From an uncultured virus (IMG/VR IMGVR_UViG_3300031853_000026) (taxonomy: Duplodnaviria > Heunggongvirae > Uroviricota > Caudoviricetes): a stretch of DNA of 20,000 bases. The notes beneath the pieces are model-generated. The model was not told the DNA's origin. It searched no databases and saw only the letters and a list, made by a program, of their open reading frames with translations. Each line of letters opens with the position of its first letter. Within the stretch, counting starts at the first letter, position 1. The DNA lies in the IMG/VR virus record IMGVR_UViG_3300031853_000026. The stretch is one strand, 5' to 3'. Position numbers and translations under genes: made by a program. This document shows, piece by piece, positions 9,381-17,966 of this stretch.

Positions 9381-9476
9381 AACAAACCCCAAATCCCCGC
9401 CACACAGCCCTAACGCCAACATCAGCGGTTATACACACCGACCGAGGGCCTGGCTGGGAGGGGTTTGTTTTTTTTT
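9381..9476 (+). terminator. Extended multi-stem 3' structure ending in a U-run
   Basis: Nested stems AACAAACCCC/GGGGTTTGTT, GCCA/TGGC, GCCCT/AGGGC and CGGT/ACCG, then a T-run. Confidence 0.65.
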
Positions 9477-9483
9477 GCTCGTT

Positions 9484-9975
9484 TTAAAGATCTATTTCAT
9501 CTGTCAATTTGAAGTTTCTGATACACCTACTAAATTTAACAGTATTCCAATCTCTATCTATTTTTGATGTATGGAATATTTCTTTTATTGTTACTGGATT
9601 CTGTATTAACTTCAATTCTTCATATAACTTATTCATTATATTTTCATTCTTGAAATCATTTATAGTGAATAAGTTATCTCTATTTTTCCAGATCACTTCA
9701 TTCATTGTTTCGAAAGATTTGTGAAAGAGTTGAACAACATCATCAACATCAACAAACCATTCATTCAGAAAATCGAGTTTATAACCAAGAGATTTAAGGT
9801 ATGTATGAACTCTAGCTTCATCTAGACTACTTCCTTCTCTCGTTGCAATCAATTCAGAAAATGGATTGTGATATTTATAAGAATCAATTCTATTCTTTAA
9901 ATCACTGGAATAACCAACCTTTAATGCTGTTTTATTAGCACTTCTACCAAATGTTCTTATTAAATATAATGACAT
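9484..9975 (-). CDS. GIY-YIG superfamily protein (T5orf172/MUG113-like)
   Basis: Pattern LYLI...LKVGYSSDLKNRI...NP...ExxVH...NEWF. Confidence 0.8.
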   Translation of the reverse strand: MSLYLIRTFGRSANKTALKVGYSSDLKNRIDSYKYHNPFSELIATREGSSLDEARVHTYLKSLGYKLDFLNEWFVDVDDVVQLFHKSFETMNEVIWKNRDNLFTINDFKNENIMNKLYEELKLIQNPVTIKEIFHTSKIDRDWNTVKFSRCIRNFKLTDEIDL

Positions 9976-9992
9976 GATTTTTTTTATTTAAT

Positions 9993-10075
9993 TCAGTATT
10001 AAGGTATTACAAGCTGATTAATGGCATAAAGATAAAAACAGAGGATATAAATCCCCCCAAAAATCTTAGTGTTGA
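9993..10075. promoter_or_regulatory. Divergent promoter pair
   Basis: Minus strand AATACCTTAATACTGA (9993-10008) and plus strand AAAATCTTAGTGTTGA (10060-10075). Confidence 0.6.
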
Positions 10076-10114
10076 TAGTAAAATAAATTATTAACATTAT
10101 AATAATATAAAATT

Positions 10115-10759
10115 ATGACAGTAAATAACAACAACCGTCCAATCATTATCGCTGTTGACGTAGATGGTAATTCTTTCTCAGTTATTCTCAAACAGAACGA
10201 CATGTATTCAAGATTCCAATCTAATTTTAAGAACCTGGCTAAAGAGAAATTGTTCCCGGCACTTAAGGGTCCTGATTCAATGGATGTTAAGAAGTTTGTG
10301 GATTCTTCTAATGAGGAGAACTTGAAAATAACATTCTCTTACAATAGCGAGAGGAGCATTGACTGGAAGAATGAGTCACCGGTATTTGCTAATGCTGTTA
10401 TGGGATTCATCATGGAATTCACAGAGAAGGCAATCCGACAAATGCTTGATTCTTCTGAGTTTGTGCCGTTGAGTGGATATTCTTTCTCTAAATTGAAAGA
10501 GGAATCTAAACGAGCTCTGACTGAACGCAGAAAATTGATCTTAATTAAAACATTTGATCAGTACGAGAAAATGGGTACAGTAGAGAATGAGAACAAGTAT
10601 AAGTTTGATATAAAAATACTCGATCCCGAAAAAGATAGAACTGAGTATGCAAACGTTTATCTGATCCTTCAAAACGAAGACCCCAAAGCTGCTCAGAAAG
10701 AATTGACAAAAAAATATCTCAGTGAATTGAGATTCACTGATTGGAATAACTGGCTCTAA
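10115..10759 (+). CDS. Hypothetical protein, 214 aa
   Basis: Standalone ORF with a promoter motif and a terminator. Confidence 0.85.
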   Translation: MTVNNNNRPIIIAVDVDGNSFSVILKQNDMYSRFQSNFKNLAKEKLFPALKGPDSMDVKKFVDSSNEENLKITFSYNSERSIDWKNESPVFANAVMGFIMEFTEKAIRQMLDSSEFVPLSGYSFSKLKEESKRALTERRKLILIKTFDQYEKMGTVENENKYKFDIKILDPEKDRTEYANVYLILQNEDPKAAQKELTKKYLSELRFTDWNNWL

Positions 10760-10780
10760 ATCATTAACTAATTTCGAAAT

Positions 10781-10830
10781 AAAAAAAAAATACAATAAGA
10801 TCTTAAAAAGTCTTATTGTATTTTTTTTTT
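10781..10830. terminator. Bidirectional terminator
   Basis: Perfect 20-bp inverted repeat A10-TACAATAAGA / TCTTATTGTA-T10 between convergent genes. Confidence 0.85.
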
Positions 10831-10855
10831 AATCAAAATAGTAGTGTGTAACGCA

Positions 10856-11533
10856 TTAGAACAATCTCATGCAGAGAGATTTAGCAACACTTGTTTGGTT
10901 GCCAAGACCAGTACGGTTCATGGCGTCCCTGTTGGCAAGGTTGTTGGTCTCAGCAGTGAGTCTGTTCCGCTGTTCCTCGAACTTCCTCTGGTTGTCCGCA
11001 GCAACAGTAGCTGTGGTTTTACCGAAATATCGGTTGTACAACCACACGCAGCCTAATGTTACTAACACGGATGCTGCGACGGTTATAATTATCGTCCAGC
11101 CCGGGTGTTTGATAATGAACTGTAATATTCCGTTCTTCATCCTCGCAAAGAAGCCGGGCTTTTCAGCTGGCTGTTGCGGGTTCTGAGCGGGTGCCGTTCC
11201 GGGGATTTGAGGTGCCACAGGAGTGGTGCCAGGAACCTGTACGCCCTGCTGGGCGAGGTTCTGCATCATCTGCTGCTGTTGCTGTGCGGTTCCAACTGCA
11301 ACGGTCTGGCCGTTTGCAAGACCAGCCTGTACATTGGGGTTGCTCAGCAACTGAACGAGCATGTTGGGATCGAGATTGATCGCCATGCCTGCAGGTGCAG
11401 TGCCTTGCTGCTGACCAGCGTTGGGGGTGGTTACTGTAACCTGGCCCTGAACGGGCTGCTGGTTGTTCTGCTGTGCGTTGTTGTTCTGTACGCCGGGAGT
11501 CTGTACGCCGGCATTGTTTACTTGTTCTGCCAT
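10856..11533 (-). CDS. Membrane-anchored protein with a Q/P/N-rich disordered N-terminus, 225 aa
   Basis: Low-complexity first ~125 aa, then one TM helix (WTIIITVAASVLVTLGCVWLY). GC-richer codons. Confidence 0.85.
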   Translation of the reverse strand: MAEQVNNAGVQTPGVQNNNAQQNNQQPVQGQVTVTTPNAGQQQGTAPAGMAINLDPNMLVQLLSNPNVQAGLANGQTVAVGTAQQQQQMMQNLAQQGVQVPGTTPVAPQIPGTAPAQNPQQPAEKPGFFARMKNGILQFIIKHPGWTIIITVAASVLVTLGCVWLYNRYFGKTTATVAADNQRKFEEQRNRLTAETNNLANRDAMNRTGLGNQTSVAKSLCMRLF

Positions 11534-11567
11534 TTTTTATGTGTTTTAAATTGTTAATTAATATGTT

Positions 11568-11729
11568 TTATGCAATCGGCCTGAGGCCGAGCATGTAGTT
11601 CCATTTGAGATTAAACAGGTAAACCCTGTCTTCATACGTGATTTCATTGGCCCAGCTAAAGAAACTGATCCAAAGAATCACAAATACCGCGATAAATAAA
11701 ATATCAGCGGCTGTCAAATATGTTTTCAT
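11568..11729 (-). CDS. Small membrane protein, 53 aa (MKTYLTAADILFIAVFVILWISFFSWANEITYEDRVYLFNLKWNYMLGLRPIA)
   Basis: Hand-translated. It has a TTAACAATTT-type leader, fills the gap between the leader hairpin and the 11533 gene, and has a hydrophobic helix. Confidence 0.65.
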   Translation of the reverse strand: MKTYLTAADILFIAVFVILWISFFSWANEITYEDRVYLFNLKWNYMLGLRPIA

Positions 11730-11762
11730 GATAAATGAAATTTAAAATTGTTAAAGTATTGT

Positions 11763-11829
11763 TAGCAAAGAAAATAAAGGAAGTAACAATGTTTTTTATG
11801 CATTATTACTTCCTCATAAAATAGGGTTT
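11763..11829 (-). promoter_or_regulatory. Promoter motif plus overlapping leader hairpin and U-tract
   Basis: AAACCCTATTTTATGA, then a 14-bp stem (11778-11791/11801-11814) with a U-G pair valid only on the minus strand, then TTATTTTCTTTGCTA. Confidence 0.6.
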
Positions 11830-11836
11830 AACCACT

Positions 11837-12046
11837 TTATAACCTCCAAATTTTTTTTAGGGTATTTATCACGCTTTCGTCACCAGAAGGCTGTAAACTG
11901 TTGAAATCACAAGACTCAAAGCTCCATCTACATCTAAAATCAGAATTATTAAACTGACATAAAAATAGAAGTAGAGATAGGATATATACAAGAATTAGTT
12001 GTATAGTCTTGAATGTTGCTTCAAATATTTTTCTTATTTTTGTCAT
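11837..12046 (-). CDS. Small membrane protein, 69 aa
   Basis: Hydrophobic segment IQLILVYILSLLLFLC; fills the gap between neighbouring units. Confidence 0.55.
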   Translation of the reverse strand: MTKIRKIFEATFKTIQLILVYILSLLLFLCQFNNSDFRCRWSFESCDFNSLQPSGDESVINTLKKIWRL

Positions 12047-12167
12047 AATGTTTATATATTTAATTAGTCATTATTAATTAGGTTTAGATTAATAAAACTC
12101 TCACCTACATACCTTAAAATCTTAAAAGAGAAATATTTAATATTAACTTAATAAAAATACTAAAATT

Positions 12168-12581
12168 ATGGCAAGGATTGTAAAAGTAGTTACCCAAGTA
12201 GATGGTACAACAGACACTACCTATAACAAGGTATATGTCGTAACAGATGAGCTTCTCAAAGTAAGTTCTAAGCTTCCCACAGGTCTAGGAAGAATGAAGG
12301 AGACAACAGTTCTAAGTAATATTGATCTTATCGACAAGAGTACTGAACATAAAGGTAGTTCTCCTTATGCTTATACTCTTTATGAGATCAAGCGTAGTGG
12401 CTATGGTTCAGTTATTTATGTTCTGTTGGATACGCCTGGATTTGATACAGCAGTGAATATTGCTCTGAAATACATGCATTCTCGTGCTAAACACATCTCA
12501 GAGGATTATGTGAATTTGGAGGAGGCTGATAAGGAAGGCTATATTACACACGTAGAAGAGCTTGGTAAGTGCTTTAAGTAG
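12168..12581 (+). CDS. Hypothetical protein, 137 aa
   Basis: Promoter-like AAAATCTTAAAAGAGA at 12116-12131 and a terminator just after the stop. Confidence 0.85.
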   Translation: MARIVKVVTQVDGTTDTTYNKVYVVTDELLKVSSKLPTGLGRMKETTVLSNIDLIDKSTEHKGSSPYAYTLYEIKRSGYGSVIYVLLDTPGFDTAVNIALKYMHSRAKHISEDYVNLEEADKEGYITHVEELGKCFK

Positions 12582-12587
12582 AAATTT

Positions 12588-12622
12588 TTGAGGTTGGTTT
12601 TTATATCAGCCTCAATTTTTTT
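12588..12622 (+). terminator. Intrinsic terminator
   Basis: Stem TTGAGGTTGGT/ATCAGCCTCAA with G-U pairs, followed by T7. Confidence 0.8.
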
Positions 12623-12681
12623 ACTCCACCTCAATTCCTAACATATGAATAATTTTTCACGAAAATTCAAAATAAGAAATC

Positions 12682-13344
12682 ATGTTAATAATAAGACCAG
12701 AAAATCCCTCTGAGATAATAAAAGAGGGGTACGAAACGGAGAAGGAGTACGTAATTAATTTTGCAAAAAAGTTGATTACAGAAATAAAAGAACGAAAATT
12801 TGATGTACTTCAACTGAGAAAGTTGTGGGAAAATAATAGACGTCTTTTGAGGAAAGAATATCCTATCTCCAAAATAGTAAGTAAAGAAATAGATGAGAGG
12901 GACTCTTTTGATTTTGTCGGAACTGAATTTTGTTATGAAACAGGTAACCAGTTTAGATTTGACACCGATACTGATAACTTTAATGATCTTGGTGCTAGAC
13001 AGTGGTACATGTTAGATTATGATAGAATTAGATTCTATTTCACATTCTACTATCTAAGTGTAGTCATAGAAGCACAAATCGGGAGTTACAGTGATGAAGA
13101 CGACAGACCAAGAATGTCTATGAAGATCTATGATATTCCCAATAAAATGATCTTAGAACGAATAGACGAGAGAGATATGAGAATTTGGTTAGATAAGGAT
13201 GTATCTATATATTCATTCACAAAAAGAATGAAGGAAGCCGCTGAAAAGGGCGAAGACTTAGAACCTATTATAGCTGAATTCAAGAAATATTTCCCGGTTG
13301 ATTATCTTGATAACGAATATCGCTATATTTTTTATAAAAAATAA
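12682..13344 (+). CDS. Hypothetical protein, 220 aa
   Basis: Preceded by the promoter motif AATTCCTAACATATGA (12633-12648). Confidence 0.85.
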   Translation: MLIIRPENPSEIIKEGYETEKEYVINFAKKLITEIKERKFDVLQLRKLWENNRRLLRKEYPISKIVSKEIDERDSFDFVGTEFCYETGNQFRFDTDTDNFNDLGARQWYMLDYDRIRFYFTFYYLSVVIEAQIGSYSDEDDRPRMSMKIYDIPNKMILERIDERDMRIWLDKDVSIYSFTKRMKEAAEKGEDLEPIIAEFKKYFPVDYLDNEYRYIFYKK

Positions 13345-13352
13345 AACATAAA

Positions 13353-14393
13353 ATGGGAAGCGAAGATACACACGGAATATCCACAACAATCGTGGATGAA
13401 GATGATGACAACCTTTTGGACATTTCTCCCGGAGAAGATGATAAAATTGAAGAAGAGATTATGAATAATAAATCAACTACATCTTCAGTAACACCAACCT
13501 CATCTCCATTTGGAAGTCCATCAAGCATTTATAATACACCAACAACACCATCTACAGGGCTTCCTTTTGGTAGTCCATCAACCCCTCAATGGAATTCTGG
13601 TATGTTTGGAGTATCAAATAATAACAATAACTTTGGTTCATCTTATACACCATCAACATCTATTTGGGGTACTAACAATAACTCAAATAATTATGGATGG
13701 GGAAGTAATAATAATTCTTCTCCTGGATGGTCATGGGGCAATAATAACAATAACTTCAACTCATTTAATAATTCGAGTAATTGGGGATCTGGTTGGAATA
13801 ATCACAACACCATGAAACCTGGTAATGCTCCGGTTATAAACAAGAGACTAGTGTTCTGTAGTTTCTTTGATACTATTGTATGTAGTTTGGGCTCATTCAA
13901 TAATGGTAGATTCACTATTATAAATCAAGTTCCATCTGATATATCTGACTTGTATATTAGAAAGGAAGTTTTATTTAAGATGAGTAGAATAACTGCAGAC
14001 GCTATTGTAATTATAGTTCCAAGAGAATTTATTAGGGGACTTGTATGTAATTCATCGCTAAATGAGAAAAGAGGAGATGATCTTGAAAGGGATATGAACA
14101 CAATCGTTAATTATCTAAGAATGGGTGTAATGACCTATATGAAGCATACAATATCAGATGCTAAATATTGTCAATTTATACTCGTTTCAGATGTAGATTA
14201 TAGGAATATCTCTAACATTATATGTGGAGAGCTTCAAACTATCAATTCAGTCTCAAACAACTTTTATACGAATGATAAAGTTGTGTTCCTAGGTGCCAAT
14301 GGTGGTGCTAATGGTTATGGATTGAATGATAAATTGATAGCCGAAACATGTAAAATTGATTTCTTAGATACTAATATATTATTGAATAGTTAG
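13353..14393 (+). CDS. Degenerate HAD-IIIA (PNK 3'-phosphatase-like) domain fused to an S/N/G/W-rich low-complexity N-terminus
   Basis: LVFCSFFDTIV, DLYIRKEV and VFLGANGG...NDKLIAETCKIDFLD align with the motifs of 16751-17959, but the catalytic aspartates are replaced. Confidence 0.6.
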   Translation: MGSEDTHGISTTIVDEDDDNLLDISPGEDDKIEEEIMNNKSTTSSVTPTSSPFGSPSSIYNTPTTPSTGLPFGSPSTPQWNSGMFGVSNNNNNFGSSYTPSTSIWGTNNNSNNYGWGSNNNSSPGWSWGNNNNNFNSFNNSSNWGSGWNNHNTMKPGNAPVINKRLVFCSFFDTIVCSLGSFNNGRFTIINQVPSDISDLYIRKEVLFKMSRITADAIVIIVPREFIRGLVCNSSLNEKRGDDLERDMNTIVNYLRMGVMTYMKHTISDAKYCQFILVSDVDYRNISNIICGELQTINSVSNNFYTNDKVVFLGANGGANGYGLNDKLIAETCKIDFLDTNILLNS

Positions 14394-14511
14394 TGTTAAA
14401 ATATTTACGAATACCTTTAGAACGTTATAAGAGATCTGAAGGTATTCGTTTCTTTTGTATAGAGGTTGCATGGGGTCCTCTTTAAAAAATTACTCCTATA
14501 AATTTTAAAAT

Positions 14512-15024
14512 ATGAGAAAACTTTTATTAATTTTGTTCTTGTTATTTTTTCAAGGATCAAGTATTGAGGAGAATTATTCGATTGTTGAAATTCAATCTGT
14601 ATCGGAATCATCTAAAGTAGTGACACCAAGAAAAGTAAAAGAAAAGCCAAAAGAAATTCTAGCAGAACATTACATCAATGAAAACACAATCAAATTAATG
14701 TATGCTACAATTTATAGAGTAGACCCTAAACAATGCTGGGGAAATCCTCTAATTACGGCTGATGGAACTCACATTGATACAGTTGCATTAAACAGAGATT
14801 CTATTAAGTACATAGCAATATCCCAAGATATGCTAAAAAGAAATGGAGGTCCATTCATGTACGGAGATTCTGTATTTATAAACATACCAAATAATCCTTC
14901 TTTTACCGGAAAATACGTAATTCATGATTGTATGAATAAACGTTATAAAAGATCTGTTGATATTTTAACTGGTGTAAGGAAGAAGGGTAATCTTTGGAAA
15001 AATGCATCAATAACAAAACTATGA
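14512..15024 (+). CDS. 3D (Asp-Asp-Asp)/MltA-RlpA-like double-psi barrel protein with N-terminal signal sequence; putative peptidoglycan-acting
   Basis: Motifs ATIY...ITADG...IAISQD...YGD.V.I...IHDCMNKRYKRSVDIL; signal-like MRKLLLILFLLFF. Confidence 0.8.
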   Translation: MRKLLLILFLLFFQGSSIEENYSIVEIQSVSESSKVVTPRKVKEKPKEILAEHYINENTIKLMYATIYRVDPKQCWGNPLITADGTHIDTVALNRDSIKYIAISQDMLKRNGGPFMYGDSVFINIPNNPSFTGKYVIHDCMNKRYKRSVDILTGVRKKGNLWKNASITKL

Positions 15025-15033
15025 TAAAGTCTG

Positions 15034-15092
15034 AAAACCTAGGATTTGAAGAGAGTAAATAAAAAAAAATTACTCTCTTCTTTTTATTTTTC
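15034..15092 (+). promoter_or_regulatory. Promoter motif plus overlapping leader hairpin and U-tract
   Basis: AAAACCTAGGATTTGA, then an 11-bp stem (15048-15058/15070-15080), then TTTTTATTTTT. It may double as the terminator of the 3D gene. Confidence 0.55.
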
Positions 15093-15115
15093 GTGATTAA
15101 ATTAACAATATTAAA

Positions 15116-15874
15116 ATGACAGAAAAAGAAAAGCAATTTATCACGGTATTCAATGAAGTAATCAATAACCGTGAAAAAATAAAAACACCGGATGAAGTAG
15201 GCAAATCTCTTGACTCACTCCAAGAAGTAGTTAATGATCTGTTTACAAAGTCAAATCCGGTAAAAATAGATCATAAACTTCTCGTGAAATACAATAAGTT
15301 TCTCGCCGAGGATTTAGCAAAAGTTTCCATGGACATTGATAGTTTTGGAAAACGAAAAAACTCTCTTAATCAGAGCTCTTTACCAACAGAACTCAAAGGA
15401 AAGGAGTTTGAAGATATCTGTTCCGGAATTAAATCAAAGACAGAGCATTTCATTCTCAACCACGACATTAACGAGTGCAAGTTTTTTGAATGCTACAGAG
15501 TATACTTGAACCCCGGAGTATGGGATGAGTATAACTCTTTGTCTGAATGGTACACAAAAGAATTCCTTAATAAGAATAGTATAACTAACCACATAAGGAA
15601 GCTGTTATCTATCATAAACGGATTCTACAAGATCCTAATAAGATCTGGTATATCCTTCAGTGACGAGGAACGTTCTTCTTGGAAAAATATTGCACTAATT
15701 CAATGTAGAGCTCTCTTCTTCGTGAAAACAGCAGCTGCTAAAATTCTCTTCTCTTTTAGAGAGGCTTTATACCCGGAATTAATAAAACAAGGCGACACAT
15801 CTGACATATCTAATTTAAATGATCTGTTTGATGTAACAGTAGAAGGATCGTATAAATATCTTAAAAATAAATAA
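15116..15874 (+). CDS. Hypothetical helical protein, 252 aa (paralog family B)
   Basis: Colinear similarity to 15886-16746. Confidence 0.85.
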   Translation: MTEKEKQFITVFNEVINNREKIKTPDEVGKSLDSLQEVVNDLFTKSNPVKIDHKLLVKYNKFLAEDLAKVSMDIDSFGKRKNSLNQSSLPTELKGKEFEDICSGIKSKTEHFILNHDINECKFFECYRVYLNPGVWDEYNSLSEWYTKEFLNKNSITNHIRKLLSIINGFYKILIRSGISFSDEERSSWKNIALIQCRALFFVKTAAAKILFSFREALYPELIKQGDTSDISNLNDLFDVTVEGSYKYLKNK

Positions 15875-15885
15875 ACACAAAAAAA

Positions 15886-16746
15886 ATGGCTAAACTTAAT
15901 CTTTTTACATCACATTTTGTTGATGTATTCGAGAACGCAATGAATGCCTATTGCGAAAAATTCTCCGAAATCAGAGAAATGATGGCAGAACTCTCTTCGG
16001 CAGTGCAGGATCTCATCTCTGCGGACATTGACATGGAAATTCCTCTGCCTATTGATGAGGCGACTGTATGGAAGTACTGGAAATGGCTCTTGAATGATGC
16101 TCTTGTCGATGTGAGAGATGTAGCTAACTACGACTCCGTAATCGAACAGCTTGAGAAATACAAGAAACTGGGAATTGTTCCTGGTGATGTTCTGAGGTCT
16201 GTCTCCGTACCAAAAGTAGGAGATAGTGAAAGAGCGTACATCATGTTCGGATTTTTCTGGTCTATTCCTTGGATCAACATCAAAGACATCAACTACGACC
16301 CAATTGATTCACTCGATTGGATCAAGAAGCAGTGTTGTGATGAGTATTTCTCTATGTACACACTCTTTGGTGATTTTCTGAAGTTGGTAGGTAAGTACTC
16401 TCTTCTCCTTGACAAACTGGATGCTTCGTTCATCAAGTTCGAACATTCAGGTCTCCCCAGATCATGGAGTAGTCAGCACGAGAATGCAGTAAAGTTCTAC
16501 GAACTCTACTCAAACTTCCGGAAGCAGTGTTATGATAATTCCTTGGTTACCTACAACCTCAACAGAACATTCCCTGACAGGGTTGCTGAGTTGATAAGAA
16601 AGGATAATCCAATCCCAGTCGAATTTGTTGAAGTTCACCTCAAGGAGGCTGACCCGAAACTTGATACACTCAAACCAGAAAAATGTGATCTGATTTCTAA
16701 ATTCTCTTGTTCCACAGTAAGTGGATCATTAATAAAAATTAATTAA
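15886..16746 (+). CDS. Hypothetical helical protein, 286 aa (paralog family B)
   Basis: Colinear similarity to 15116-15874. Confidence 0.85.
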   Translation: MAKLNLFTSHFVDVFENAMNAYCEKFSEIREMMAELSSAVQDLISADIDMEIPLPIDEATVWKYWKWLLNDALVDVRDVANYDSVIEQLEKYKKLGIVPGDVLRSVSVPKVGDSERAYIMFGFFWSIPWINIKDINYDPIDSLDWIKKQCCDEYFSMYTLFGDFLKLVGKYSLLLDKLDASFIKFEHSGLPRSWSSQHENAVKFYELYSNFRKQCYDNSLVTYNLNRTFPDRVAELIRKDNPIPVEFVEVHLKEADPKLDTLKPEKCDLISKFSCSTVSGSLIKIN

Positions 16747-16750
16747 TATT

Positions 16751-17959
16751 ATGAGTGTAATTAATCTTGGTAATGGTCTTGCACAGGTCATTACCGGACC
16801 TGGAGTTCAAGTAATTCAGAACCCTACAGCAGCTGACGTAAAGAAGCTTATCCAACAAGCAAAAACAATGGCAGCAAATAGCGGTGGAACAGTAACGGTT
16901 CAGTCTGGTTCAGTTTGTGTAACTAACATACCACCACAAGTAGGTCAGACTACCACTACTACAACAGCACCTTCTTTTGGTCTTCCCAAAGCAGTAACCC
17001 CTACTCCATTGTCAGTACCTAATCCTATCATACCCAAAAAGAAGTATGAATATATGGTTGCTGATTTGGACGGTACATTGATCGACACAATATCTGGTAA
17101 TGTATTCCCGAAAGGCGTCTTTGATATGCGATTCAAATACGATGTTTTGGATGCCATCAAGAAATACAGTCCGAAAGTATTATTTGTCGTATCTAATCAA
17201 GCCGGAATTTCTAAGGGATTCGTCAAGGAAGACAGTTTCAAAGCAAAACTTGATTATGTAACTATGTCTCTAAGGGATTATCTCGGAATCAATGTCTATT
17301 CTGATTATTGTACAGCAGAAGACAACAACGATCCCCGTAGGAAGCCCAATACAGGCATGATAGATGATCTCGTAACAGCTCATATTCCGTTCTCATTGAG
17401 CAAATTCAAAGAGAAATGCTTGATGATTGGTGATGCTTCTGGAAAAGAAGCAAACGAAACACCAGACGGTAAGAAACAATTCTCGGATTCTGATAAGAAA
17501 TGTGCAGAGAATTTTGGGGTTGATTACATGGACGTTTGGGACTTCATTGAATCTGCAGATACAACAGCGGTTCTCGTTGAACACGATTTCTTGAGAAATT
17601 CAAAAAAGAAGAAGAAATTCGGCGTTGTTAGGCTCACATGGGATGGTGGCTATCAGGATCTCATAGACAATTGTAAGAAGACGATTGAGGATGTGCCTGG
17701 TAATATCTATTACGTAGCAGAATATGATAAATACTGGGATAAGAATATTCAGAAAAATAGTCCATACCACACCAATCCTGAATGGATTGACAAAATTCTG
17801 GACAAAGTTGGAATTACAGCTTCTTACAGAGTATTCAAGTCCACCCCTGTTGTAGATACTATTCTTTACATTCCTGATGCAGAGATAACGAAATTGTTGG
17901 ATGATGCGGAAATTTATGTCTCTCGCCCGATCAACAATTTTCTTGACGTATTAAAATAA
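16751..17959 (+). CDS. HAD-IIIA polynucleotide 3'-phosphatase (PNK3P-type) with a T/P-rich N-terminal extension and an extra C-terminal domain
   Basis: Motifs DLDGTLI, VVSNQAG, RKPNTGM and MIGDASG...FSDSDKKCAEN. Confidence 0.88.
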   Translation: MSVINLGNGLAQVITGPGVQVIQNPTAADVKKLIQQAKTMAANSGGTVTVQSGSVCVTNIPPQVGQTTTTTTAPSFGLPKAVTPTPLSVPNPIIPKKKYEYMVADLDGTLIDTISGNVFPKGVFDMRFKYDVLDAIKKYSPKVLFVVSNQAGISKGFVKEDSFKAKLDYVTMSLRDYLGINVYSDYCTAEDNNDPRRKPNTGMIDDLVTAHIPFSLSKFKEKCLMIGDASGKEANETPDGKKQFSDSDKKCAENFGVDYMDVWDFIESADTTAVLVEHDFLRNSKKKKKFGVVRLTWDGGYQDLIDNCKKTIEDVPGNIYYVAEYDKYWDKNIQKNSPYHTNPEWIDKILDKVGITASYRVFKSTPVVDTILYIPDAEITKLLDDAEIYVSRPINNFLDVLK

Positions 17960-17966
17960 TAACGAA

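Noticed and set aside
8858..11557. Long antisense ORFs (8858-9334, 10844-11557 set)
   Set aside because: They mirror GC-richer real genes and lack leaders or promoter motifs.
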